Shown: piece by piece, positions 13,944-26,661 of the stretch
Layout of the letters: each line of letters begins with the position of its first letter
How positions within the stretch are numbered: the stretch's first letter is position 1
Assembly (NCBI RefSeq): GCF_001194135.2
Contig: NC_068982.1
Coordinates: 152,063,954 to 152,127,953, forward strand
Length of the DNA: 64,000 nt
Direction: 5' to 3'
Origin: Octopus bimaculoides
Taxonomy: Eukaryota
Translations under genes and position numbers: made by a program
Notes under the pieces: generated by a model
Told to the model about the DNA's origin: nothing
Databases searched by the model: none
The model's input: the letters and a program-made list of their open reading frames with translations, nothing else

Positions 13944-15189
13944 CAGGGGGTGGACAAAATAATGGAAATACCTTAAAATTCCAAACAAATTTATTTTGGG
14001 GTAGGACCGCTTTTGGCAGTAATTACAGCTTGAATTCTATGAGGAATGAACTCATAAAAAGTTTGAATTGTTTCCAAAGGAATTTTTGTCCATTCTTCAG
14101 CTAAAACAGTCTCCAGTTCTTGTAGTGATGATGGTGGAGGATATCGACTCCTTACTTGTTTTTCTAAAATGCACCATAAATGTTCAATACTGTTGAGATC
14201 TGGGGACTGTGGTGGTCAGATAAAATGTTCAACTTCGCTAGAATGTTCCTCGAGCAACTTTAGCTGTGGGAACTGGTGCATTATCATCCTGAAAGATTGC
14301 GTTTCCCTCCGGAAACAGTTCTGCAACCATAGGATAAATTTGATCAGATAAAATGCTTAAATAGTCTTGGCTACTAATTCTGCCATGAAGGCAAACCATT
14401 GGGCCAGTGGATTTCCAAGATATAGCCCACCCTAGATCATCACAGATCCTCCTCCATGTTTAACTGTTGGAAAAAGGCAGTGTGGGTCAAATGTTTCTTT
14501 TGGCTGTCTCCACATGTATACTCAGCCAGTGGTTGGAAATAAGGTAAAGGATGACGCGTCCAAGAAAATAACATTCTTCCACTGCTCTAGTGACCAATTC
14601 TGTAGGTTTTTACGCCACTCTAAATGCTTTGCAACATTTGTTTTTGAAAGTAGTGGTTTTCTGATTGCAGCCCTCCTATGAAATCTGGCTTTGAACAGCT
14701 TCTGGCAAACAGTTTTTGTGGAAACTAAGTTCTTGAGGTGGTCATTAAGCTTTGCACTAATTTTGGGAGCTGTTCTTTTGTGATCCTCTCTAACAATTTG
14801 CGTAAGAATCCAACGGTCCCTATTTGAAAGCTTTGGTTTTATTCCAGAGTTTTGTTTTGATGAGGAGGTTTTTTCCCTCTTTCTCAAAGGCTGTCATTAC
14901 TTTCAAGACAGTACTTCTTGATACACCATAGATTTTGGCAGTTTTCATTATGCTAGCACCTGCTGTACAAGCACCAACAATTTGACCTCTTTGAAGGTTC
15001 AATAAATGTGTCGTTTTAATGAATTTTAATTACCTTTTTCTGATGATATCTGTAAAGAAACAGCAAAACATATATAATAAATCAAAAAACATAAAAATAA
15101 ATCAGCTTTCCATGGTTTTTTTTTTTTTAGATATTTCAAAATTATGATGCTATGATGTTAAGTGTTTCCATTATTTTGTCGAAGCCTTG
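13944..15189 (-). mobile_element. Tc1-like DNA transposon, inactive full-length-like copy
   Basis: Imperfect ~30-bp TIRs (cagggggtggacaaaataatggaaatac / gtttccattattttgtcgaagccttg) with TA on both sides. Frameshifted transposase: MNLQRGQIVGA..., RKPLLSK, WKNVIFLDASSF, TVKHGGGSVM, IFQDDNAP. Confidence 0.9.
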
Positions 15190-15849
15190 TATGTATATGT
15201 ATATATATATATAATAAAAAAATATAAGGATAAAATCTACATAAGATTTATGAAGTAGCCACCATGGAAAACCAATTGAGGAAAAAATTAATACAAAGTA
15301 TATAATATTTTTCCTTAAATATAAAATACATTATTATATCAAGGGCTATTACTGTAAGTAACACCTCATGTTGTAATGGGACTCTAAAGTCAATCTACTT
15401 CAATACTTCAATATATAGAGTCCCATTACAGTGTGAGTTACTTAAAGTAATAGCCCTTGATATTATAATGTATTATAATGTGTTATTAAATGAGAGGAAG
15501 TCACAAAAAGGTATAAGAGGAGAATTAGGAAGGTGCTCAATACAAAATTAAATGGAGGGAATATCATTAAAGTCATAAGTAAATGGGTTATGCTCCATAT
15601 TGAGATACCCTGCTTCCTTTCTGAAATGGATGAAACTTGAGCTACAGAACCAGAAAGCTGCTCACAATGCACACTGCACTCCACCTTAAATGCAATACTG
15701 AGAGTAACCACCTACCAAGAAGGTGGCAGAGGAGTACTAAACATAGAACACACTCTTAATACTGAAATACTGGATTTGTAAAGTTATGTTGTGCAGAGTA
15801 AAGAAAGAATATTATCAGTGACTAGAGATACCCAAAAAGTGACTAAAAT

Positions 15850-16700
15850 AGTAGGAGAATACAAAGAGAAAAGGAAAAAAGAAAAAAAAAAACAGAATAA
15901 ACAATTGGAAAGAAATGGAACTGCATGGCCAATTCATGCAACAAACTGAGAATGTTGTGAGTAAAGATTGTTGACACTGGCTGACTGACAGGAACTTGAA
16001 ATGAAAGACAGAAATGCTAATGATAATTGCTCAGGAACAAGCCCTTAGAACAAATTTGAAAAAGGTAAAGATCCACAAACTCAATTAGACAGTAAACTTA
16101 GAATCTGCAAGAAAGAGATGAAAGTATCAATCATGTTTTCAGTGAGTGCAGTATACCAGCACAAAAGGAATATAAATGCAGACATGACTGTGTAGGCAAA
16201 CGAGTGCTTTGAGTTGTTAGCCAAGTGTGTGGTTTCAAAATAACAGGGAGGTAGTATGGACAAGAACCAGAGGCTGTGATAGGAAATCAGAATTACAAGA
16301 TTTTGTGGAATTTCCCCATAAAGACTGAGCATGCTACTGAAACAAGAAAACCAGATATGATTATAGAGGATAAAATAAACAAACTGTGTAAGATCATAGA
16401 TTTTGCAATTCCCTATGATAACAAAGTCAATACCAAAGAAATTTGAAAACATTGAGAAATATCAGGATTGAGCCAGAGAGCTGTGGAAGACCAAGACAAC
16501 AATTATCCCTGTAGTAATTGATGCACAAAAATGCTATCTAAAAGACTGAAAGAGACAGGAATTGAAACTCGTATTACTGACCAGCAATAAAGTACAATCC
16601 TATATTCTGAAAAATTCTAAAGGAAAATTCTTGAGATTTGAGGAGATTGTTGCAACCAAAATATCAAGATAAAACACTGACTAACTAAATTAACATGCAC
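15850..16700 (+). mobile_element. R4/NeSL-type non-LTR retrotransposon 3' remnant (zinc knuckle + restriction-like endonuclease)
   Basis: Translates with breaks to WKEMELHGQF...AQEQALRTN...RICKKRDESINHVFSEC...RKPDMII...IIDFAIP...KIEKYQD, i.e. a CCHC knuckle followed by PD..D..K RLE motifs. Confidence 0.8.
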
Positions 16701-16879
16701 AAATGTTAAATCAGAAAACAATTATGACAAAGCTTTCTCAGGTATTGAAAATAATTTTTTAAAATGCATAAAAACCATGGTCTGTACTCACAAGTGAATA
16801 TAATTCGGCAGCATGTACCATTGTACATCCCTAATTGTTTCATGAGCCTATATAGTTGATCTATATATATTTATATATA

Positions 16880-17100
16880 TGTGTGTATGTTTTTGTGCTT
16901 GTGTTTGTCCTACACCACCGCTTGAAAAGCTGTTTACATCCTAGTAACTCAGTGGTTTGGTTAAAAGAGACGGATAGAGTAAGTACCAGGCTTTAAAAAA
17001 ATAAGTCTCTTGGGCTAATTTGTTTGACTAAAAAACCCTTCACGGCAGCACCCCGGCATGACCACAGTCAAATGACTGAAACAAGTAAAAGATAAAAGAT
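16880..17100 (+). mobile_element. SINE family A 3' module
   Basis: gtttgtcc...aagtaccaggc...tttgactaaaa...ccccggcatgaccacagtcaaatgactgaaacaagtaaaagataaaaga. Confidence 0.75.
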
Positions 17101-17164
17101 ACATATCATCACCAGGTTCCAGTCTGATTTAGCATGGTTTCTATGACAGGATGCCCTTCCTAAT

Positions 17165-18027
17165 TCCATTTTCTGATTTCATAAATTCATAGTTTATTAT
17201 CTTTGGTTTTTGCTCAATTGACTTTCCATCAACTGTAAAATTTAATTTTTGTGACTGTTGCTTTGGTTTCCCACATTTCATTTCTATAGGACATAGCTTT
17301 GTCATTTACTGTAGTTACAAATTTCTGTAGGTTCTCACTGTTGAAAATTAATAAGTCATTAGCATCTGCTTGTCAATGGTTCTTGATGTTCTTGCCTTTT
17401 CTTGACACTCCTGGCATATCTTCTACTTTGAAGATCTTGATGTCTAGGTTAATAAGCTAGAGGATTGCTCAGACACCTTTCTTAATTTTAAATTCTGAGG
17501 TCTTCCCCTATTAAATTCTCACTAATACTATTTGTTCCCACTGCATTTTTGTTATTGTATTTTGAGGTCTTTTTCACATATCATGAATTCTGACAGACAA
17601 CTTTATACATCAACTTAAGGTTTTTATTTTGTTAAATGCTTTGATAAAGTCTTTAAGGCAGATGCAAGTATCTTCATTTATGTCTAGAACACTTTTCCAT
17701 ATGGTTCTTAGCTTAAATATTCCTCCTTAAGTTCTCACTCCTGCAGTTGACTTATTCCTTCTTTTGTTCTTGATCTAATTCTTCATTGGATAAGGCTTAG
17801 TAGTAGTCAGGCTTTGTACCAATTTATGAAAAACAGTGAATCAAAATACAATTGATTGAAGACAATTGCTCAATAAAAAAAATTACTTAAAGTAATAGTT
17901 GCTTGAATCAGCAATTAATCAAATTATAGGAAATATTCAAAATATAGTCAATAGTTTAAAGGAAATCAGTTACATTCTCACATTGTCAAATCATCTAACC
18001 CATGCCAGCATGGATTAGATGATGATG

Positions 18028-18071
<44 letters not shown>

Positions 18072-18810
18072 GTCTCCTTACCTTGACATCACATGATAGT
18101 TGTGAGTATTACTGTCATTTTCTGATACTATTTCATGGTGAAATATTACCTTACTTGGAAACAAGTGAGGATTGGTGATAGGAAGGACATCTAGCTGTAG
18201 AAGATGCCCCTCTATAAATTCCATCTGACCTACATGAACTTGATTAGGTAGACATTAAAATAATGTTACTCCAACTGTTACTCCAATTGGTTGTTTTCTA
18301 GGTGAAATGTTTTCAATAAATTACATTTCAGTCAACTGTCCACACATCTTCTACTCTTTAGACTTATCATTCAAAAAACTGCACATGTGATTCCTTAGAC
18401 TTATGGCCCTAAATCCAGCATAGTCTACAGCTTTGGTTTCTTTGGTAATGAAACTAAGATAGACCGCTTGGTACGTATTCACCCTCATATATCATATTAT
18501 ATAACTTGTTAGAGATGTTGGTTGTAGTTATTTAATGGTTTTAACTGAAATTTCTGCTACTTCAGTTGCAGCTTTGAAATCCAGCATTGGTGGTCTATTC
18601 TTAATCATCATACAGTTCTTTTATGTTTTCAACTCATTCAATTTGTTGGTGGAATTCTTGTATCTCTTCATCTTTGTATTCTTGTGTAGGAGCATATAAC
18701 TGTATGATGTTGATATTGAAAGGTTTACCTTCTAATTTCATCAGAATCACTCAATCCAAAATTGTCCAGCATCCAATTAGTAATTTTGCTACAGCATTTT
18801 TTCATTAAGG
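17165..18810 (-). mobile_element. Fragmented RTE-clade LINE interrupted by short repeats at ~17985-18265
   Basis: Minus strand: endonuclease (VILMKLEGKPFNINIIQLYAPT, ~18690-18760), RT start (ILVSLPKKPK, ~18440), RT core (CICLKDFIKAFNKI, GKTSEFKIKKGV, decayed NINNLRYADD-like segment, 17350-17700). Confidence 0.65.
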
Positions 18811-19190
18811 TATAAATACATTGATGTGTGTGTGTGTGTGACAGTAACTTCAAAGTTTCAGCTTACTTGTCATCAGACATCACATAAAAACAAACAATAA
18901 TATATATGTGTGTGTGTGTGTGTGTTTTGTGAAGCAGTGTCGAGTTTTACAATTCTGTAAATAATAATAATAGTATTTTATAAACTTAAAGCTTATAACA
19001 ATCTCTGCACAATGACTAAGGAAAATAGTCTAATAATGGAGCATATAAGCCCTTAACAGAAAAAAGTAGGTTTTCTTGTATGCATGGGGGAAAACCTATT
19101 GTTTTCTGTTGAGGGCTTATATGCCCAATTATTAGATTATTTTCATTAGTCATTGTGCAGTGATTGCTATAAGCTTTAAGCTTATAAAAT

Positions 19191-19226
<36 letters not shown>

Positions 19227-19236
19227 NNNNNNNNNN

Positions 19237-19273
<37 letters not shown>

Positions 19274-19897
19274 AAAATTAAATGCACAAACGTATGGAAA
19301 CAGATAAATCCAAAATTCACACATGCATATACACAAATATACACAAACCAATGCATAAACAGTCTCATGAGCTTCCATCTTTGCATAAATATAAACTTAA
19401 ACTTCATTTAAACTTTCATCATAGTTTCTCCCCTAAGAATAAGTTTGCTTATTTTTTGTGGAAATTAATTTATACTTGAAAGCTCTGCTAAAATCCATAA
19501 TTTCTTGGATTGACCTAACTTCACTCTCAGACTTAGAACCTTTTTGACTAATTTATGGCTATTTTCAATAATTAATGATGATCTTTAATAGAAAAAAAAA
19601 TAGTGCTCTCTAATTATAAATTGTAGATGTTCCTATCTAACTAATATTTCTCATTTTATCTGAAGACCTCCAGTTATATAATATTTATTTTTTACAAAGT
19701 CTCAGGACCACAGATCAGCTATTATTTATTTCTAACATAGATACAATACTGTTAACTAATATCAATTGCTTCCATAGACCCAAGATCACTAGTCAACTAG
19801 CTATCGTTTATTTTTCAAATAGATACAAGATCACTGATCAGCTAATACTAATTTCCAGTTCTGTTTCAAGTGTTGATAATTTAATTTGACCAAAATA

Positions 19898-20795
19898 TGA
19901 GATGGGATCAAAAAGTTCCCAGACTAGTTGTGTTTAATACAAAATAACTTATTTACCTAAGCTTTAACATCATCTCCTTCAAAACGCCCAGCAATACACT
20001 GGTTTCAGCATTCCTGCCACTTTTGGAATCCAGCCTGGAAGTCATTTTCTGTAAGCAACTTGAGGATCTTCTATGATTTGTTCTTGATCTCAGCAATGGG
20101 GTTAAAACAGTAACCTTTGAGCTGCATTTTCATTTTGGGGTAGAGATGGAAGTCCATTGGTGCTAAATCTGGTGAATAGGGTAGGTGCAGAAGTGAAATC
20201 AAATTGTTTTTGGTGAGAAACTCATGAGTGAGGAGAGTTTGGTGATAGGGTGTGCTTTGTCATCATAAAGAATCCAGTTCTCAGTGATCCATAGATCTGG
20301 TTTCTTCTGCCAAATGTCCTCTCTCAAACACTTCAAAACATTGTTGATTGTCCTCCAATGTACAAGCTGATGAATTTTTTCCACCTCTCCAGGGGTGATA
20401 CACATGGCAGATCTTCCTGATCACTTATTGTCTTCCAGGGATGTTCTTCCACTTTTGAAGCACTTGTGTCACTTGAAACATTGTATACGACCCATTTCCT
20501 CATTACCACAAGCTTGCCAAAATATGCTCAATGTCTTTGTAGCAGACTTCCTAAGTTTTGTGCAAAATTTCACATTGACTCTTTGTTCCAACTTCCTGCC
20601 AACGACAAAAATTGCAGACTATAACATACATGTGATAACAAAAACAGAAATTTCACAACTTGCAAAGAAAACACAGCAATGTCACTTTGCACACTGCCTC
20701 ATGAAGATCACTGCTAGCTCACTGTGCTGCAACTGTGTGCTGCCATCTGTTGGTGTGCTACAGAATTAGTCTGGGAACTTTTTGATACCACCTTG
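19898..20795 (-). mobile_element. Mariner-type transposon with internal deletion
   Basis: TIRs (t/c)gagatgggatcaaaaagttcccagacta / tagtctgggaactttttgataccaccttg flanked by TA. Remnants: N-terminal VKFCTKLRKSATKT, central LREDIWQKKPDLW...WILYDDKAH, C-terminal LAPMDFHLYPKMKMQLKG. Confidence 0.85.
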
Positions 20796-21147
20796 TATGT
20801 CTTATATTACATCGGCTAAAAATGGTCAACTAGAAATGTTATTTTATCACTACATATCTTCAGCTGATTGTCTTCTTTAATGCAGCAATTTCGGTTAAAA
20901 CAGTAGTGTCATAGCTGACGTTTGGAGTGGGTCAATAGATGTAATCCTTAAATGACTTACTGACTATAATGCAAGAGTGTAAAACGCTATGAACTGAAAA
21001 GCTAACAATTCCAAAGTAAATTCAAATGTAAAACAAATAGTGAGAACTTGAAGTAAGAAATAAGACTTAAAATAAATTTAAAGAAAAAGAAATTTTCATG
21101 TCAATATTATTTATCATCTCTTGTCAAGTAAAATTATAAACATTCTT

Positions 21148-21320
21148 GACAACCGATGCTGGTGTGTTTACGTCCCCGTAACTTAGTGGTTCAACAAAAG
21201 AGACCGATAGAATGAGTACTAGGCTTCTAAAGAATAAGTCTTGGGGTCGATTTGCTCAACTAAAGGCGGTGCTCCAGCATGGCTGCAGTCAAATGACTGA
21301 AACAAGTAAAAGAAAAAGAA
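21148..21320 (+). mobile_element. SINE family A 3' module
   Basis: cttgacaaccgatgctggtgtgtttacgtccccgtaacttag...gctccagcatggctgcagtcaaatgactgaaacaagtaaaaga. Confidence 0.8.
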
Positions 21321-22829
21321 AAAATTCTTTAAACACTTGTGAAACTGAGACTAGGTGTAAGTGGTTAATGGAAAGACAATGAAACTTTAAAGGACAAGAA
21401 GAGGTTTACAAACTAAGAGAAGACTTAATGCTAGGAAAATATAAGATAGTTATTACGGAAATCACAAAAACATGAGGATATGATAAAAAGAAGACTGGCA
21501 AGTTTCTGCCACCACTGTATTCCAACAAGCATTACCACACAAATAACACAATGAGCTGTGGTTTCTCCTTCCTATTCATATCATAAACTCAGAAATCTAG
21601 TAAAATTTATGGGGATTATCCTTTGTCTTCTGACTAAACAATGAAAATGAATATAACCTTTTAACTCTAACCATATTTTAGGGGCTAGCTTGGATTACAT
21701 TATCTAATGTATTCTCCCATTTTAAAGATAGTCAGTGTGATGTGGATGAGAATAAAGTATTATTTATAAAATATATTTCAGTGTAATACTTGTATGGCAA
21801 GTGAATTGATCTGAAATTATGTGCTGAAACAGATTAGTAAAATAGATTTTCAGTGACTAGGTAGATGTATTAGGAAAGTACTTTGATATGTTACAGTATA
21901 TTATATTAATACAAAATAAAACATAAATGAAAATAATGATGTGTACGTTTTAAATAGCTATCGTAACTCTGCTATGATTAGTTTTCTCTTCTTTTTTATT
22001 TATTTTTTTTTATGAAAGCTTGAAATGAAGATATAGAGAATGATCAATGAATATCCTGTATCAAAATATTTAACAAGTCAGCTGTGTCAGTAAGAAATTC
22101 ACATTACAACTGTGTACTTTCAGATTCAATTCCACTATGTGGCATCTTATGAAGGTATCTTGCACCATCATCTTGAATTAAGCACAATCTTGTGAATAAA
22201 ATTAGGTTGTCAGAAGCTGTTGAAAACCCATCAAAGGAACCATTCCTGTCATTGAGTGGTAGACATAATCTACCACATGGTGTAACACCACTATCTGCTC
22301 CTTGGTTGCTTTTAGCACGGTCTGCTCTATAACAAGCATTTGGTGTCAGGTCTTTGTTCTGAAGATAACTTTCCTCCATTCTGCCACCAAATGGTCACCA
22401 TTTCACCATCACACACAGAGAAAAGTTTAATGTAGAGTGATAAGGTTACAAGACATAAAAAAATTACAACAATAGTGGAATTTGAATGTTTTCATTAGAG
22501 ATGCTTGTATCAAATGTCCTTCCCAAATACGTAACAATCAAATACTTTACTGCTTGTTTTTAGCATTAAAGAATTTCATGTAATCTGAGATTTAACTTTC
22601 ATAGTTAGATTAAAGATTTGTATTCAGTTACAGTTACATAATATGAGTAATTTCTAATTCTGGTGAAAATGCTAAATATATCCCATATAAATTTATTAAT
22701 GCTGAATCTAGTCAGAATTATCAGTTGAGATATTTCAAGCATATATATTGATACTGAATTATTAGATTTATTGTTACAGATCCACATAAATGTCAGAAAA
22801 AAAACAAAAAACTTTTGTACTCATATTAC

Positions 22830-23562
22830 TGTGATTCATTCCCCTACCTCCCATGAATTAAACATACCTCTACTTCCTGCGGCCCCACCCCCCCAGCTCC
22901 GGCAGACTACCATGTCATCCTTTTCTCTTGTCCTCCACCAACGACAACTGTATCATCTTTATTACTCCTGTTGCTTCCACCCCACCACTCTCTTCTGCAT
23001 TCCTCAATCTCCCCCAACTCATGGCCCTCTGCTCATCTGCCCTTCGACTTTATCCATTCTGGCACCTCATTCTCCTTCCCAAACAGTCCGATTCCTCAAT
23101 TCACTGTGTGCCTTGTGGAGTCATTTAGGCATCTCATCACCCTTATTTATCTCTTGCAGCTCCAACTCCTCATTTTCTCTTTCTCTCTCTTTCCCTTACT
23201 AAATGTGAGTAGCCATGAAGATCCTCTACAAGAACCTGCACTGCCATCCCTCCCTGCCCCTGCACTCACACACACATTTCTCATAATTTTATCCTTTCAT
23301 CTTCCAGCATGAAGCTGACCCACCATCATCACAGGGTTTGTAGTTCTGTGAGTTGCATGGTAACCTCAATCGGGCAAGTTGCATGAAAAAAAGCACCCAG
23401 TAAACTCTGTAAAGTGGTTGGTATTAGGAAGGACTTCCAGCCATAGAGACCATGCCAAAATAGATACAATGGAGCACAATGCAGCCCTTGAACACATTGG
23501 ATCCTGTCAAACAATCCAACTCATGACAGCATGGAACACAGATGTTAAATGATGATGATGTA
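22830..23562 (+). mobile_element. RTE family B 3' UTR (pyrimidine-rich block + terminal block + TGA tail)
   Basis: Same architecture as the minus-strand copy at 44808-45945; ends ...agcatggaacacagatgttaaatgatgatgatg. Confidence 0.55.
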
Positions 23563-24430
23563 GATGATATTGATTTAAACCTGTATAACAGTTTCCATAT
23601 TTTTCTCCTTGAATCCCAATATTTATATATTTTGCTTAACAACTCTTTTGTGGACTGTACCATTATTTTGCTTTTGTTCAAATTCGTTTATTTTATACTT
23701 AAGTATTTATATGTATGAGAAGTTGTATTCACACAGCTACTATTTTGTATATATCTATTTTGTAATTCTTAGGCTTGTGGGACTACACATACTTTCCTTT
23801 TAATGGAAGCTGACTTCAACAATTAAAATATGTAGATGAGTAGATTTAAACATTCTTAACAAACTAAATATCTTTAAATTTTTGTTTTGTAAAATACAAA
23901 TGTCTGTGGGATAAACAAAAACCAAAACTGGATATGAACTTTGCAAGAACACACACATACATGCATATGCACTCATACGCATATAGTTATATGCGTGTAT
24001 ATGTATACACACACAAATATGTAAATATATACATGTACACACACACACACAAACACACACATATGTACACATACATATATGCATGTGTGTGTGTATGTGT
24101 GTGATGTTTACTCCCAGACGAATACAACAGTATTCATTTGTATAAATACACTAGCCTACATACAGGCTTACAAATATTGGAATATCTGAAATGAATTACA
24201 ACATCAACAACAACAACAACAGCAATAACAACAACAATAATAAGCTTTTAATGAATAATAACTGTTTCATTTTCAGAACTAATAAAATTCTCTTGAGAAA
24301 TTTTCCGGCATTTACATTGAGGTTTAGGCTATCTGATGTTCAGCCATGATGGAGACACTGAAAAGTCAAACTCTAACACTATGTCTGTTTCACAATATTT
24401 ATCATAAGTGTATGCTTTTTCTTTCTTCAG

Positions 24431-24528
24431 GCAGAGCATTACGCATGTTGAGACTAGCCAAGTTGCTAAGCCTTCTCAGGTTGCTACGGCTTTCCCGGTT
24501 GGTCAGATATGTACAGCAATGGGAAGAG
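24431..24528 (+). CDS. HCN: Internal exon of an HCN (Ih) channel, encoding the S4 voltage sensor
   Basis: Acceptor tttttctttcttcag, donor GAG/gtttgt; 98 nt, phase 1 to phase 0; encodes (G)[32 protein letters not shown], the diagnostic HCN S4 (serine-interrupted basic repeat followed by QWEE). Confidence 0.95.
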
Positions 24529-24907
24529 GTTTGTGTTAGTTTTTTTTTCATTCAACCCTAAACTTCAACTCAGATTATATAATCATATATATATGTAACA
24601 TTTCTTCTTAAAAATTTACAGTGCCCATTTTTTCAAATACAAAGGAACACACATGCACGCATGCACATGCATATGTACATGCTCACAAACATATATACAA
24701 ATACACACATACATACATGCATATGTATGTATATTACATCTGTGTGGACATTTTTATGGTTGTGTGTATATGGATGTATCAATGCTTATATACAAGTTTA
24801 CTAATAATTAGACACATAATCTATGCAAAAATATATTTGCATAACATTCACATGCATATCTGAAATATGCAGATTAATTAATGTCAAACATACAAACATA
24901 CATATAC

Positions 24908-24940
<33 letters not shown>

Positions 24941-25118
24941 CATAGATTGATATATACACATTATTCGTATATGTATATATATGTATACATACATACACAC
25001 ACACATTTATATATATATGTGTTTATATAAATATGCATATATATACATATACAGATATGTATATATATGTATATATATATTTAGATATATATGTGTGTAT
25101 ATGTGTGTGTGAGTGTGT

Positions 25119-25167
<49 letters not shown>

Positions 25168-25569
25168 ATGTAGACACACATAAACGCTTACATATAGATA
25201 TGAAATATAATGTAGCTAATTATATGAGTTTGATAAGCATGTTCACACTTAAATTGCTCTAAAGCAAAAAGGTGAACACATATGCATACATACTGAAATA
25301 TACAACTAACTGTGCATTCCACAATACATAAACATACATACACACATATTTATTTGTGCACACACACACACACACACAAATATATAGATACAAACATGCA
25401 TTTATGTATATGTACATGCATATATATCTGCATATATGTTTATATATATATATATATATATATATAAGATATAAGCAATACATATACATATGCATATATA
25501 TATCTATATACATATAATTAGGGAGATATCAATATGTATACACACACACACACAGATTGAAACATTCAC

Positions 25570-25618
<49 letters not shown>

Positions 25619-26102
25619 NNNNNNNNNNNNNNNNNNNNNNNNNNNNNNNNNNNNNNNNNNNNNNNNNNNNNNNNNNNNNNNNNNNNNNNNNNNNNNNNNN
25701 NNNNNNNNNNNNNNNNNNNNNNNNNNNNNNNNNNNNNNNNNNNNNNNNNNNNNNNNNNNNNNNNNNNNNNNNNNNNNNNNNNNNNNNNNNNNNNNNNNNN
25801 NNNNNNNNNNNNNNNNNNNNNNNNNNNNNNNNNNNNNNNNNNNNNNNNNNNNNNNNNNNNNNNNNNNNNNNNNNNNNNNNNNNNNNNNNNNNNNNNNNNN
25901 NNNNNNNNNNNNNNNNNNNNNNNNNNNNNNNNNNNNNNNNNNNNNNNNNNNNNNNNNNNNNNNNNNNNNNNNNNNNNNNNNNNNNNNNNNNNNNNNNNNN
26001 NNNNNNNNNNNNNNNNNNNNNNNNNNNNNNNNNNNNNNNNNNNNNNNNNNNNNNNNNNNNNNNNNNNNNNNNNNNNNNNNNNNNNNNNNNNNNNNNNNNN
26101 NN

Positions 26103-26167
<65 letters not shown>

Positions 26168-26326
26168 ATGCATGCATGTATGTATGTCCGTATGTATCTG
26201 TGTGTGTATCTGTTCATGTATGTAACTATGTATGTATGTATAAGTTGTTATGACTCATCAATCCTACACTATCCAACAAATTCTCTTTCTGTCCCACACC
26301 CCATGTATGTCTATATACATATATAT

Positions 26327-26661
26327 ATCAAAATAAGCAACAAGGATATCCAAAGTTAATGCAGTACGATCGTTTCAAGCGACTGCATTTATTTAAGCAA
26401 TGTGAACATTACATCAAATGTAAAATGCAGGGCAATCCTCAGCTGCACAAAGATATAGAAATTTACTGAAATTTCACAGAAGGACAAACTACATATGTCC
26501 TTCTGTTGAAATGAAATTTCAGTAAATTTTTATATCTTAGTGCAGCTGAGGGTTGCTCTGCATTTTACATTTGATGTAATGTTCACATTGCTTAAATAAA
26601 TGGAGTCTCATGAAACGATCGTACTGCATTAACTTTGGATATCCTTGTTGCTTATTTTGAT
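26327..26661. repeat. 335-bp fold-back palindrome (~160-bp arms, 9-nt loop)
   Basis: Left arm atcaaaataagcaacaaggatatccaaagttaatgcagtacgatcgtttca... is the near-exact reverse complement of the right arm; loop aactacata at 26487-26495; a few substitutions and one ~6-nt indel. Confidence 0.95.

Noticed and set aside
22104-22379. 91-aa minus-strand ORF (MEESYLQNK...)
   Set aside because: No recognisable domain or splice signals; a WRKVIF in another frame is not followed by Tc1 catalytic motifs.
24346-24430. ORF-track N-terminal extension MMETLKSQ... of the S4 exon
   Set aside because: Intronic read-through upstream of a strong acceptor; HCN homology starts at 24431.
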